From positions 3,330,001 through 3,362,000 of the forward strand of contig NZ_CP064923.1 of NCBI RefSeq assembly GCF_018336915.1: DNA of 32,000 bases, in the 5' to 3' direction. The notes under the pieces are model-generated. The model was given only the letters and a program-made list of their open reading frames with translations, had not been told where the DNA came from and did no database searches. Below are positions 19,281 through 29,824 of the stretch, in pieces. This DNA is from Acaryochloris marina S15 (GTDB lineage Bacteria; Cyanobacteriota; Cyanobacteriia; Thermosynechococcales; Thermosynechococcaceae). The position numbers and the translations under genes are program-made. Position 1 is the first letter of the stretch; each line of letters opens with the position of its first letter.

Positions 19281-19309
19281 TCTTTCTCTAGGGTTGATAG
19301 TTAGGATGG

Positions 19310-22300
19310 CTATTCAACACCTTCAATCTTGTCTTCAACTTCTTGATAGAGATCACGAAGCATTTGCAGATTTTCTTCACTGGTTTCCCAGTACCCTCGA
19401 CCATTCACTTCTAGCAATGTGCTCACCACCTTGCGGAAAGAATGGGGATTGAGATTCTTGAGACGATTCCGCATCTCTTCATCTTCGATGAAGGTGGTGT
19501 TCACGTCTTCATAAACCCAGTTATCTACTGCACCTGCCGTGGCCGACCAGCCCATGGTATTCACTAGGCGCTTAGACAGCTCCCGTACACCTTCATAACC
19601 GTGGCTGAGCATTCCCTCATACCACTTAGGGTTAAGGAGCTTGGTGCGAGCATCCAGGCGGACTGTTTCCGAAAGGGTTCGGACTTGGGCATTGGCCGTT
19701 GTGGTGTCAGCAACGTAGGCATTGGGCTTTTTCTTGTCGTCCCGTAGACTGGAAACCACCTTGGTTGGATCAGAGTCAAAATAGTGACTCACATCCGTAA
19801 GGCTAATTTCAGAAGAGTCAAGATTCTGGAATGTGGCATCTACTGTTTTGAGAGAGGCTTCCAGAATTTGTCGGGATTGCTCCATATCGCCAGGAGAGTC
19901 GGCAGAGAAGGCAAAAGATTTCCGTTTGAGATACATCTCCTGTAGTTCAGCTTCCTCATCCCAGGTGCTGTTTTCTACCGCCAAGTTGACATTGGCCGCA
20001 TAGGAACCGGAGGCATTGGAGAAGATTCGGGTAGCAGCTTGTCGCAGGTTGATGCCCATATCTTCCGCTTGCTTAAGGGCATGCTTACGGACAAAGTTCA
20101 TCTCTAAGGGCTCATCCGCTTCAGCAGCCATCTTGACTGCTTGGTCTAACAGAGCCATCTGGTTGATAAACAGATCACGGAACACGCCTGAGCAATTAAC
20201 GACTACGTCAACGCGAGGTCGTCCCAGTTCTTCCAAGGGAATGAGTTCTAGCTTATTCACCCGACCTAAAGAATCTGGTAGGGGTTTCACACCCACAAAC
20301 CACATCACTTGAGCCAAGGACTCACCATAGGTCTTGATGTTATCCGTGCCCCACAGGACTAGGGCAATGGACTCAGGCCATTCGCCGTTATTTTCTTGCT
20401 TTTGACGGGCTAAGAGTCGGTCAACGACGACTTTTGCAGATTGAACTGCTGCTTCCGTGGGAATCGATTGGGGGTCAAGGGCATGGATATTTTTGCCAGT
20501 GGGCAACACATCTGGATTGCGAATCGGGTCACCCCCTGGTCCGGGGAGTATATATTCGCCTTCTAGGGCTTGGAGTAAGGCACCCAATTCATTATCCGCA
20601 ACCACCTGATTGAGACAGAACTCCAAATACTCCACCAAAGGGGTTAAAGCTTCTTGGTCTAAATCTGGGAAGCCCGCTTCATTCAGGGCTTTTACCCAAG
20701 GTTCTTCTTGGCGACCGAAGTTAAACAAATTCAAGGGAGAAACCGTGGAAACTCGGCCTTCTTCATCAACCTGGGTGTGGACAATCGCAGCAACGGCAGA
20801 CCGTGTCGTCTCATTAATGGTGTTAAGGAGATCAACATCTTCAAGGACACCCCGATCACTATTGCGGAAAATTTCGTCCAAGTCGCGATTGATACTATTG
20901 GCAATCAGACGAGGGAGACCCAAGATATTATCTTCACCCCGATCGAGACTAGCGATGTTTACGAGGGTAGCAATGGCTTCCTCTGCCGTGGGGGGCTTAC
21001 CAATCACATGGAGACCACAGGGCAAGAGCCGTGACTCAATTTCCATCAGTTTGATGTAGACCCGACCGACAATGGTGTCGCGCTCTTCTTGGGTCATATC
21101 CTTGGCTTCTTGATCAGGCAGGTTAATGTCCTGATCTAGGTTCACCAAGCGGGCTTTATCCATAATCGTGTTAACGATAGGAATGCCTCGACCACTTTCT
21201 TTGAGGGTTTGATAAGAGGCAATCAGTTCGCTGAGCTCTTTTAGGCCCTTATAAAGACCTGCATTTTCTGCAGGAGGGGTGAGGTAGCTAATGGTGTTGG
21301 CATAGCTACGGCGCTTGGCAATGGTCGCTTCTGACGGATTATTGGCGGCATAGTAGTAGAGGTTGGGAATGTTGCCGATTAAGGTGTCGGGGTAACACTC
21401 GTTGGACATACCGATCTGCTTACCGGGCATAAATTCCAAAGACCCATGGGTGCCGAAATGAAGGACGGCATCTGCCTTAAAGATCTTTTCTAGATAGCTA
21501 TAGTAGGCGGCGAATCCATGGTGGGGACTAGCGGAGCGGGAGAACAGCAAGCGCATGGGGTCACCTTCATAACCGAAGGTGGGCTGAACCCCAATGAATA
21601 GGTTACCGTAGGTTTTTCCGAAAACCAGGAGATTTTGGCCATCGCTGTTAAGGTTGCCAGGAGGGGGACCCCAAGACTCTTCTAAGCGTTTTGAGTAGGG
21701 GGTAAGGGATTCATATTCCTGCACTGACATGCGGTGGGCAATGTTCAGTTCGGGGCTGTTGTACTGGGCCTGGGCATCATGGAGGATTTCCAGCATCAAA
21801 GCTTCGGAATTCTCAGGCATATCCTCAATGGTATAGCCATCCTTTTTCATGGCTTCCATCACTTTATAGATGGAGTTAAACACATCCAGGTAGGCAGCGG
21901 AGCCCACATTGCCTTTATCCGGTGGGAAGCTGAACACCGTAATCGCTAGCTTCTTCTCCACTTTAGTTTTCCGGCGTAGGGAGGCCCACTTCATGGCTCG
22001 TTGGGCAACCATTTCGATCCGGTCTTGCAGTGCGATCGCACGTCCGGTAACGCCATCTCGACCTGACAAAATAATTGGCTCAATCGCCCCATCCAGTTCA
22101 GGAATAGCAATTTGTAGGGCAGCTTGAATCGGGTGCAAGCCTAAATCACTTTCTTCCCACTCTTCCGTGGTTTGGAAGACTAGGGGCAAGGCCACCATAT
22201 AGGGGCGGTTTAGCTTTTTGAGGGCGTCTACTGCTTTGGGATGATCTTGGCGGGCAGGACCGCCCACCAGGGCAAAGCCCGTTAAGGAAACAACTGCATC

Positions 22301-23287
22301 TACCAATGCAGTCTCACCACCTGGTGTCTCATAAAAGAACTCTTCCACAGGTTTGGAAAAGTCCAAACCACTGGCAAACACCGGAATCACCCGAGCGCCT
22401 AGAGATTCCAATTCCTGAACCGTGGCTACATAGTGAGCGTCATCGCCCGTTACTAAGTGAGTCCGCTGGAGAATCAGGCCAACTGTCGGCGCAGTCCCAT
22501 TCTTGAGCGCATCAGGAATATCGCGTCGGGAGCTAAACCAGTTGAGATATTCTTTAACATCGGCAAACATTTCCATGGCCAGGGGATGCCAAACGCCCAT
22601 CTCTAAATAGGTGACCGGATCCGCAAATTGGACCTTGTCTTCCAGCTCTGGCACATACTTGTTGGCCAGCATCAGCAGGAAGTTTTCCAAGTTATCCTGA
22701 GAGCCGCCTAGCCAATACTGAAAGCTCAGCATAAAGTTGCGAGCATCCTGGGCTTTATCAACGGGCAAATATTTAAGGACTTTAGGTAAGGTGCGCAGCA
22801 GCTTCAGCATGCCGTCCTGGAACGAGGCACCCGACTGCTCTTTCCGCTTGCGCATGAACTGTGCGATCGCACTTTGGGATTGCCCCAAATTCGCCATCGT
22901 AAAGCTACCCATTTTATTCAGGCGCATCACCTGGGGCATGGAGGGGAAGACCACCGCTACATCTAAACGGTCCCGATGAGGCTCAACCGCAGCCACGACT
23001 TTATCAGCCAAGTCTTCAATAAAAATCAATGAGCCGATGAAGATGTTGGCTTCTGCTATGTCGGCTTCAAAAGCTTCATAGTTTTCTGGTGACCGTAATT
23101 CCTCTAGCAGGTAACCACTGAGTTCTACAGCAACACTGTCATGATTATTGTTAATGGCATTGGCAGCAGCCGTCAGGGCACTCTGATACTGAGGCTCTAA
23201 CACGACATAGACCACCTTCATTAAGGAACGTCCCTGCAGCTCCTTGGGAACAATATGTCTAATGGTGGACTTGACGTGAGTGAACAT
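19310..23287 (-). CDS. chlH: Magnesium chelatase subunit H (Mg-protoporphyrin IX chelatase large subunit)
   Basis: About 1325 aa. The N-terminus [38 protein letters not shown] matches the cyanobacterial ChlH N-terminus. The track start (TTG 23314) adds 9 aa, and the ATG at 23287 is preferred. Confidence 0.95.
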   Translation of the reverse strand: MFTHVKSTIRHIVPKELQGRSLMKVVYVVLEPQYQSALTAAANAINNNHDSVAVELSGYLLEELRSPENYEAFEADIAEANIFIGSLIFIEDLADKVVAAVEPHRDRLDVAVVFPSMPQVMRLNKMGSFTMANLGQSQSAIAQFMRKRKEQSGASFQDGMLKLLRTLPKVLKYLPVDKAQDARNFMLSFQYWLGGSQDNLENFLLMLANKYVPELEDKVQFADPVTYLEMGVWHPLAMEMFADVKEYLNWFSSRRDIPDALKNGTAPTVGLILQRTHLVTGDDAHYVATVQELESLGARVIPVFASGLDFSKPVEEFFYETPGGETALVDAVVSLTGFALVGGPARQDHPKAVDALKKLNRPYMVALPLVFQTTEEWEESDLGLHPIQAALQIAIPELDGAIEPIILSGRDGVTGRAIALQDRIEMVAQRAMKWASLRRKTKVEKKLAITVFSFPPDKGNVGSAAYLDVFNSIYKVMEAMKKDGYTIEDMPENSEALMLEILHDAQAQYNSPELNIAHRMSVQEYESLTPYSKRLEESWGPPPGNLNSDGQNLLVFGKTYGNLFIGVQPTFGYEGDPMRLLFSRSASPHHGFAAYYSYLEKIFKADAVLHFGTHGSLEFMPGKQIGMSNECYPDTLIGNIPNLYYYAANNPSEATIAKRRSYANTISYLTPPAENAGLYKGLKELSELIASYQTLKESGRGIPIVNTIMDKARLVNLDQDINLPDQEAKDMTQEERDTIVGRVYIKLMEIESRLLPCGLHVIGKPPTAEEAIATLVNIASLDRGEDNILGLPRLIANSINRDLDEIFRNSDRGVLEDVDLLNTINETTRSAVAAIVHTQVDEEGRVSTVSPLNLFNFGRQEEPWVKALNEAGFPDLDQEALTPLVEYLEFCLNQVVADNELGALLQALEGEYILPGPGGDPIRNPDVLPTGKNIHALDPQSIPTEAAVQSAKVVVDRLLARQKQENNGEWPESIALVLWGTDNIKTYGESLAQVMWFVGVKPLPDSLGRVNKLELIPLEELGRPRVDVVVNCSGVFRDLFINQMALLDQAVKMAAEADEPLEMNFVRKHALKQAEDMGINLRQAATRIFSNASGSYAANVNLAVENSTWDEEAELQEMYLKRKSFAFSADSPGDMEQSRQILEASLKTVDATFQNLDSSEISLTDVSHYFDSDPTKVVSSLRDDKKKPNAYVADTTTANAQVRTLSETVRLDARTKLLNPKWYEGMLSHGYEGVRELSKRLVNTMGWSATAGAVDNWVYEDVNTTFIEDEEMRNRLKNLNPHSFRKVVSTLLEVNGRGYWETSEENLQMLRDLYQEVEDKIEGVE

Positions 23288-23617
23288 GCGATCGCGCTCC
23301 TTTAACGTGAACAATCTTGTGCACGACTATTAGGTTCTATAAAGATTTGTACCAAACAATTTGCTGTGAAACGGTACGGTGGTCAGGAACTGACACAATT
23401 TGCAAGAAAATCTGAGATGAATTTCAAATCATGCTTGCATGCCTAGATTGCTTCTTTCCCCACCATCAAGCATAGCCGAAGTCTCTAGGCAAATACATAC
23501 CCACGACCTATTCGGAAGCCATCATGAGTGCTAGGCAGAATATTAACGGGTCAATTTGAATCTTGATTTTTTGTGTAGATGTATTACGTAACTTAGCTAA
23601 TGCTCTCGACTATTAAC

Positions 23618-23632
23618 TGACTCAATGAGTCA
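23618..23632. promoter_or_regulatory. Perfect 15-bp palindrome TGACTCA-a-TGAGTCA in the chlH/pentapeptide divergent intergenic region
   Basis: Read directly from the sequence. It is about 154 nt upstream of the pentapeptide gene ATG and about 331 nt upstream of the chlH ATG. It is a candidate dimeric transcription-factor operator, and the cognate factor is unknown. Confidence 0.3.
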
Positions 23633-23785
23633 TATAAGACCAGACAATCCTAAGCGGTATAGAAGCTAAAGCCATTATTAAGACTGACCTCCTTCCCAAA
23701 ACTGGAATGTAAATTCATATTAAGCGTTAGGTATAAATGCTCAACCTAATTAGCCCAGTGGGGATGTGCGTCGTTCGAGTTACAC

Positions 23786-24322
23786 ATGCAAAAGATTAGT
23801 ACTGAAGACTTACTCGCAAAATATGATTCAGGAATTAGAGATTTCAGTCATACAGATTTAAGTCAAATTAATTTATTTGAGGCGTATTTACCAGACATCA
23901 ATCTCCAAGGTTGTGACTTAACCTACGCCAATCTAGCTTATGCAACCCTGAGTCGAGCTAATTTAATTGAAGCCAACTTTTACCAGGCAAAGTTAGAAAA
24001 GACCTGGCTGGACTCCGTTCAGTTAGGAGACTCCCAACTACAGGAGGCTTCATTCATCGGTACAGAATTAGCTTTTGCTCAACTCATCAGAGCTGATTTG
24101 ACCCATGCTAATTTGCAAAATGCCAATTTACAACAAGCCAATCTCTCCGCAGCTAATCTTACTGGCACCAATCTGAGTGGGGCCAACTTAGAGAGGTGCA
24201 ACTTATCACAATCTATCTTAATTCGCAGCAACTTTTTTCGCGCCAGTTTTGTTGATTTTAGTGGCACTGACATTCATCCCACGACCATCTTGCCCAATGG
24301 ATATCCCGGTATTTCTCAGTGA
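23786..24322 (+). CDS. Pentapeptide repeat protein
   Basis: 178 aa with long runs of A(D/N)LxX pentapeptides (ANLQNANLQQANLSAANLTGTNLSGANLERCNLSQ). Confidence 0.9.
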   Translation: MQKISTEDLLAKYDSGIRDFSHTDLSQINLFEAYLPDINLQGCDLTYANLAYATLSRANLIEANFYQAKLEKTWLDSVQLGDSQLQEASFIGTELAFAQLIRADLTHANLQNANLQQANLSAANLTGTNLSGANLERCNLSQSILIRSNFFRASFVDFSGTDIHPTTILPNGYPGISQ

Positions 24323-24450
24323 ATTTGGGAATAATCTGATATTCTCTGGTCCCTGAAGAAATTAATCTAAATGTGTTCCCTGTGATCGAAGCTCAAATTT
24401 ATAAGAGAATCGTCATGTAGGTACACACGCATCTCGGAGAAAGACAAGCT

Positions 24451-26391
24451 ATGTCTGTTGGCCATCCTCCACAATCCTCAGAAACGGTGAAGTTGGAATA
24501 TAACCAGTTACAGTCTATTTCTGAAATATGGCCGATTGCCGCCCAGCAGTTTGGGGAAATTGTGGCACTTCGAGATCCCCATGTAAAGCCAGAAGTGAAT
24601 CTCACCTATGTGGAATTAAACCGCCAAGTCCAACGGTTCGCAGCTAGTTTACAGGCCTTAGGAGTTAAACCTGGCGATCGGGTGGCTTTGTTTGCCGATA
24701 ATAGTTCCCGCTGGTTTATCGCTGATCAAGGCAGCATTATGGCAGGGGCCGTCAATGTGGTCCGCAGTTCCCAGGCCAGCCCAGAGGAGCTTGTCTACAT
24801 TCTAGAAAACAGTGGGGCCACTTTTCTACTGGTTGAGGATGCGGCAACATTCAGTAAATTGCAGCCATTCCTGACGAAAATCCCTTTAAAATTGGTGGCC
24901 TTGCTTTCGGATGAAGAAGTGTCAAACAACGGCCAATCTCAGGTATTGAACTTTCCCCAAGTGTTCCAAGAAGGAACTCACGGTGCCGTTCGTGCGGTTC
25001 CTTTGGATCGAGAACATTTAGCGACGCTGATCTATACATCTGGAACGAGTGGCAAACCCAAGGGAGTCATGCTGAGTCATGGCAACCTGCTCCACATCAT
25101 TACGGCCATGCCTGCGGCGGTTCAGCCAGAAGTAGGCGATCGCATTCTCAGTATCCTCCCCACCTGGCATTCCTTCGGTCGCTTGGTAGACTACTACTTC
25201 CTGTCCCAAGGATGCACGCAAATCTATACCAGCATTCGAAACCTCAAAGGAGATCTGCAAACCTATAAACCCCACTATATGGGCAGTGTGCCGCGTTTAT
25301 GGGAGTCTCTTTACGAAGGGATGCAGAAAAAATTTCGGAGTGAACCTGCCACTCGTCAAAAACTGATCAATACGTTTTTTGGGATCAGCCAGAAATATAT
25401 TTTGGCCCGCCGGACTCAACAAGGACTCAACATTAACAATCTCAATCCGTCAGGGCTACAGCGGTTCTCGGCTCAACTGCAGATGATTTTCCTAGGTCCT
25501 TTGCATCAATTGGGCGATCGCATCGTCTATACCAAAATCAGACAGGCCATGGGCGGACAATTCAAGCTGTCCTTCAGCGGCGGCGGCTCCTTAGCCATGC
25601 ACCTAGAGACCTTCTTTGAAACCGTCGGTATTGATGTACTCGTGGGCTATGGATTAACAGAAACCTCGCCCGTATTAACCTCTCGTCGGACAGGAAAAAA
25701 TTTGCGCCGCTCAGCGGGTAAGCCCATTCCTAAAACAGAAATTAAAATTGTCGACCCGCAAACTCGTCAAACCTTACCCACAGGTCAACAAGGCCTCGTC
25801 ATTGTCCGAGGACCTCAAGTTATGCAGGGCTACTACCAAAATCCGACAGCGACAGCAAAAGTGATTGATCAAGAAGGCTGGTTTGATACAGGGGATTTAG
25901 GCTGGTTGACGCCGACACAAGATCTGGTTCTGACCGGACGAGCCAAAGATACCATTGTGCTCTCCAACGGTGAAAATATTGAGCCGCAGCCTCTGGAAGA
26001 CGCCTGTGCCCGCAGCTCATTCATTGATCAAATCATGGTGGTTGGGCAGGATCAACGCAGCCTAGGAGCCCTAATTGTTCCTAATCTCGATGCTCTGCAA
26101 CAGTGGACCTCCGATCAAAATGTCTCCATTCAACAACCGGATACTACGCTCACTCCAGGGAACCAAGTCCTCACCTTTTCCGATCAACCCATACAAGATC
26201 TCTTTCGCCAGGAACTTACTCGAGAAGTCAAAAATCGTCCGAACTACCGCCCTGATGAGCGAATTGGTCCCTTTGCCTTTGCCTTAGAACCCTTTTCCAT
26301 CGAAAATGGAATGCTTACGCAAACCCTAAAAGTTCGCCGTCGTGTTGTCATGGAGCATTACCGCGATATGATCAACGGAATGTTTAAATAG
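24451..26391 (+). CDS. aas: Long-chain fatty acid AMP-forming ligase (acyl-ACP synthetase Aas / FadD-like)
   Basis: AMP-binding motif IYTSGTSGKPKGVMLSH, plus GYGLTETSP, TGDLG and a C-terminal KVRR motif. The symbol is given by analogy with the single FadD-like enzyme of cyanobacteria (Aas). Substrate was not verified. Confidence 0.85.
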   Translation: MSVGHPPQSSETVKLEYNQLQSISEIWPIAAQQFGEIVALRDPHVKPEVNLTYVELNRQVQRFAASLQALGVKPGDRVALFADNSSRWFIADQGSIMAGAVNVVRSSQASPEELVYILENSGATFLLVEDAATFSKLQPFLTKIPLKLVALLSDEEVSNNGQSQVLNFPQVFQEGTHGAVRAVPLDREHLATLIYTSGTSGKPKGVMLSHGNLLHIITAMPAAVQPEVGDRILSILPTWHSFGRLVDYYFLSQGCTQIYTSIRNLKGDLQTYKPHYMGSVPRLWESLYEGMQKKFRSEPATRQKLINTFFGISQKYILARRTQQGLNINNLNPSGLQRFSAQLQMIFLGPLHQLGDRIVYTKIRQAMGGQFKLSFSGGGSLAMHLETFFETVGIDVLVGYGLTETSPVLTSRRTGKNLRRSAGKPIPKTEIKIVDPQTRQTLPTGQQGLVIVRGPQVMQGYYQNPTATAKVIDQEGWFDTGDLGWLTPTQDLVLTGRAKDTIVLSNGENIEPQPLEDACARSSFIDQIMVVGQDQRSLGALIVPNLDALQQWTSDQNVSIQQPDTTLTPGNQVLTFSDQPIQDLFRQELTREVKNRPNYRPDERIGPFAFALEPFSIENGMLTQTLKVRRRVVMEHYRDMINGMFK

Positions 26392-26414
26392 ATTCAAATC
26401 GCTGCAAAAGACCT

Positions 26415-26882
26415 ATGGAAATTCCTGCTGATCAGCTTCTGTTGAAACGCCCCATTACCGTGAAAGCAGTTGTTACCCCTCTATGGAAAGATGAGGCTCA
26501 ACAACAGCTCCAAACCCAAATCAATCAATTTGATGGTCAGCTTCAGCAACTTGATAACCAAGTTCAACAAATGATCGGCGAGTTGAAAAAGCAAACAATT
26601 CAAATTATTGGGGCTGAAGGTAGCACTTCAGAAGAAACCCAAGCTCAAATTCAAGATATCCAAATGCAAGCGAATAATCGCAAAAGTGAACTCCTAGATC
26701 AAAAAAATCAGGTTTTACAACAACTTAACCAAGTCCAATCCCTTGAGATGGAGCAAGAAGTTGAGCAAGGGCAGATCGATAGCTTTTTCTACATCAAGAA
26801 AGGAGATCACCTCATTCGCAGAATGCAGGTCGAAGTCTTACTAAGAGATGGTGTAGTTGAAGATATTCGAGGCGAACTCTAA
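26415..26882 (+). CDS. Q-rich coiled-coil protein, YlqD-like
   Basis: 155 aa. The N-terminal ITVKAVVTPLWKDEAQQQLQTQINQFDGQLQQLD pattern and overall architecture resemble the YlqD family. The family assignment is from memory only. Confidence 0.55.
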   Translation: MEIPADQLLLKRPITVKAVVTPLWKDEAQQQLQTQINQFDGQLQQLDNQVQQMIGELKKQTIQIIGAEGSTSEETQAQIQDIQMQANNRKSELLDQKNQVLQQLNQVQSLEMEQEVEQGQIDSFFYIKKGDHLIRRMQVEVLLRDGVVEDIRGEL

Positions 26883-26946
26883 TTTAATTGCCCCGTTAGC
26901 TCAATATTGACTAGCCTTTCAGTGCATCAGAATGTTAGTCGGCCTG

Positions 26947-26998
26947 AACTCAACCCAGTATTTGCCAATATTTAGCTTGGCAAATACTGGGTTGAGTT
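26947..26998 (+). terminator. Very long perfect hairpin (20-22 bp stem, 8-nt loop), probable terminator of the aas/ylqD-like unit
   Basis: CTCAACCCAGTATTTGCCAA (26949-26968) pairs perfectly with TTGGCAAATACTGGGTTGAG (26977-26996). It is followed by TTTG, which is only a short U-tract. Confidence 0.55.
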
Positions 26999-27199
26999 TG
27001 TATTGCAACCATGACCGTCGGATTGTGGAGAATGAATCTAAACTTGCCCTGCTCATTGGCTTGGAAATGTGAGATTCATCACTGCAAGGTTTTGGAGTAA
27101 CGCTTTAAAGTGAAGGGAATCGAATGCTAATGTTAAGAAATTAACAAAAATTAATTCAAAATATTACAAATTCGATTTCAACAAAACACTATACCTATA

Positions 27200-27907
27200 A
27201 TGCATAGTCTTTCTGCATCTCCCCAACTCCAACAGCCTACACCTAAATTCCCAGTCCCTTTAAAGCTTGTGGCTTTAGGGGATAGCTTGGTCTATGGGTA
27301 TGGCGATCCTGAAGGAGGAGGATGGGTCGAGCGACTCCGACGACAGTGGATGTATCCCGATAATGCAGGCCATATCCTCTATAACTTAGGGGTGCGTGGA
27401 GATACCATTAAGCACGTTGCTCGGCGACTAGAAAGTGAATTTCGGTATCGAGGGGAACTGCGACATCAGGTCCCGGATCGAATCATTTTATCGGTTGGGG
27501 TGAATGATTCTGCTCGCCTTGGACGGCTCAATGGTCGGTGCTTTACGCCGTTTCCAGACTTTCAAAATCAATTGGCGGAACTGCTCGATCGCGCAATTGA
27601 ACTTTGCCCCGTATTGTTTGTCGGCATGGTGCCTGTAAACGAACAGGCCATGCCTTTCTTAGATGCCTTTTATTACAACCACGCGGATCAGCATCTTTAT
27701 AATGAAGCCACTCGGCTGGCATGCCATGAGCGGCAGATTCCTTTCCTAGATCTGTTTGATATCTGGCAACAAAGAGGAGCAAACTGGTGTGATCCACAGA
27801 TGGGAGCTGATGGCTTGCATCCGAATCCTCAAGGATATCAATCTCTATTAATGGATATTTGCAACTGGCAACCGATGCAAGCTTTAATGCAGTCCGGTAC
27901 GGCTTAA
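27200..27907 (+). CDS. SGNH/GDSL-family hydrolase
   Basis: Block I ALGDSLVYGYGD, block III GVNDS and block V DGLHPN. The start is uncertain, because an in-frame GTG just before ALGDS is also possible. Confidence 0.85.
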   Translation: MHSLSASPQLQQPTPKFPVPLKLVALGDSLVYGYGDPEGGGWVERLRRQWMYPDNAGHILYNLGVRGDTIKHVARRLESEFRYRGELRHQVPDRIILSVGVNDSARLGRLNGRCFTPFPDFQNQLAELLDRAIELCPVLFVGMVPVNEQAMPFLDAFYYNHADQHLYNEATRLACHERQIPFLDLFDIWQQRGANWCDPQMGADGLHPNPQGYQSLLMDICNWQPMQALMQSGTA

Positions 27908-27923
27908 AGCGCAAACGACAGAA

Positions 27924-28997
27924 TTAAGAAAAAGCCTCAATAATTCCTCCACCCAACAGGATTTCCTGGTCATACCAAACCGCAGCTTGGCCTGGTGCAA
28001 TACCAAATTGGGGGGTCTCAAAAACCAACTTCACTCGGCTACCCTGTGCATCTGCTTCCAAGGGAACGATAGTAACGCCTGTTGGCTTCGAGCGGTAGCG
28101 GACCTGGACCTCAGCATGAATAGGATTTTGGGGAGGGGCAATCGAAACCCAATTGACTCGTTTCACCATACATTCAGTCCGAAGAGCAGTCTCTCGATCA
28201 CCGACAATGACTTGATTCTTGCCTGGATCTAAATCCACCACATATAAAGGACGAGGAGCTGCAACACCAATCCCTTTCCGTTGACCAATCGTAAAATGAT
28301 GAATCCCCTGATGATGTCCTAGAATATTCCCCTCTTGGTCTACGATTTCTCCTGGATGAGTCTGAATATATTGATCCAAAAAAGTTTGCATCGACCCATG
28401 AGCCTCAATTAAGCACAAATCCTGGCTTTCAGGTTTCTCGGCTGTATGAAGATCAAGCTGAGTCGCCATACGGCGGGTTTCAGTTTTCGTATGTTCTCCC
28501 AATGGAAAAACTGTGCCGCTCAGCAAATCTTGATCTAAATCGTAGAGAAAATAAGATTGATCTTTGTTCCGATCCACTGCCCGTAGAAGCTGATAGCGTT
28601 TGTCCTTTTCACTGTATGCAATCCGAGCGTAATGGCCTGTGGCAATCGTATCTGTGTTGAGCTCATGGCGGGCATAGTTCAACATGGGGCCAAACTTAAC
28701 GGTTTTATTGCATTGTGAGCAGGGTAAAGGGGTAATTCCCTGCTGATATCCTTCTACTAGATAGTCAATAATATGACTGGAAAACAGGTCTCGACTGTCC
28801 ACCACGTGATGAGGAATATTTAAATCCTCGCAAAGTTGGGCAGCATCCACTAGACCATCAGAACAGCATTGCCCTTTTCCTTGCATTAACCATAAGGTAA
28901 GACCAATTACTTCATACCCTTTTTCTTTGAGACTCGCTGCTGCAACGGAGCTATCCACTCCTCCAGAGAGACCAACAACAACTTTCTTCATGTTCAA
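27924..28997 (-). CDS. mnmA: tRNA 2-thiouridine(34) synthase MnmA
   Basis: PP-loop [14 protein letters not shown], catalytic Cys context ([11 protein letters not shown]), ATGHYAR and DQSYFL motifs. Confidence 0.95.
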   Translation of the reverse strand: MNMKKVVVGLSGGVDSSVAAASLKEKGYEVIGLTLWLMQGKGQCCSDGLVDAAQLCEDLNIPHHVVDSRDLFSSHIIDYLVEGYQQGITPLPCSQCNKTVKFGPMLNYARHELNTDTIATGHYARIAYSEKDKRYQLLRAVDRNKDQSYFLYDLDQDLLSGTVFPLGEHTKTETRRMATQLDLHTAEKPESQDLCLIEAHGSMQTFLDQYIQTHPGEIVDQEGNILGHHQGIHHFTIGQRKGIGVAAPRPLYVVDLDPGKNQVIVGDRETALRTECMVKRVNWVSIAPPQNPIHAEVQVRYRSKPTGVTIVPLEADAQGSRVKLVFETPQFGIAPGQAAVWYDQEILLGGGIIEAFS

Positions 28998-29302
28998 AAT
29001 AGTGCGTGGGTAAGCATTAGGAAAAATACGGTAAAAGCGATAGAGTTAGAACAACATTATCTAATTCCATTGTTCCATGCTAACTTTTTCGACCAATCCT
29101 TGGGGCAACATCATGTCCAATCACGACAGATACTTATTGATATAGCATTCTGACCTAATCATGCCGCAATGGGGCCTTTAGGTCTAGAAGCGCATAAGTT
29201 CTGCTGTGTTGGTTATGACTGTAAAGCTACGCTTTTAATTCAAAAATAGACAGGATATTTCCTGCTTTACCCTTAATTTACTCGCCCTTTGGAGATGTAC
29301 TA

Positions 29303-29563
29303 ATGTCGATTTACGTTGGGAATTTATCCTACGAAGCTAGCCAAGATGACGTGTCTGCTGTTTTTGCAGAATATGGCAAAGTAGCGAAAGTTCACCTTCC
29401 CGCTGATCGGGAAACAGGCCGAAAACGCGGTTTTGGATTTGTGGATATGGAAAATGATTCAGAAGAAGAGGCTGCGATTGCAGCCTTGGATGGAGCTGAG
29501 TGGATGGGGCGCCAGTTGAAGGTCAATAAAGCTCGTCCTCGTACTCCCAACCCTTCTTGGTAG
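29303..29563 (+). CDS. RRM-type RNA-binding protein (cyanobacterial Rbp, short form without a Gly-rich tail)
   Basis: RNP2 IYVGNLSY and RNP1 KRGFGFVDM. SD GGAG lies upstream. Confidence 0.9.
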   Translation: MSIYVGNLSYEASQDDVSAVFAEYGKVAKVHLPADRETGRKRGFGFVDMENDSEEEAAIAALDGAEWMGRQLKVNKARPRTPNPSW

Positions 29564-29568
29564 AGATA

Positions 29569-29601
29569 TTGCAGAGGTTATAACAACTTTAACTCCTGCA
29601 A
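29569..29601 (+). other. Imperfect hairpin immediately after the rbp stop (11-nt arms, 1 mismatch + 1 G.U, 11-nt loop)
   Basis: TTGCAGAGGTT ... AACTCCTGCAA. There is no U-tract, so it may be a processing, stability or attenuation element between rbp and rpsU. Confidence 0.35.
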
Positions 29602-29824
29602 GAATAGTCTTCGAAATCTTATCTATTTCAATTCTGTTTTGTGTAAGCAACAAATCATAGGAATGTGATGTCGTTATCTTTGCGAGGGTATGCTTTCACA
29701 AGATAAGGATGGCTGGATTTTTCCAAAAAACAGTAGAATAGATTGGAATTCCTATAGTGAAATACTTCTTCACAAAGGATGGCCCATACTGTAACTGAAA
29801 TAAAATCTAAGGAGAAGTTAGGCA

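Noticed and set aside
27011-27100. 29-codon ORF (MTVGLWRMNLNLPCSLAWKCEIHHCKVLE) in the spacer before the SGNH hydrolase gene
   Set aside because: There is no SD, it is very short and no conservation could be assessed. A Cys-rich micro-ORF is intriguing, but this one is indistinguishable from chance.
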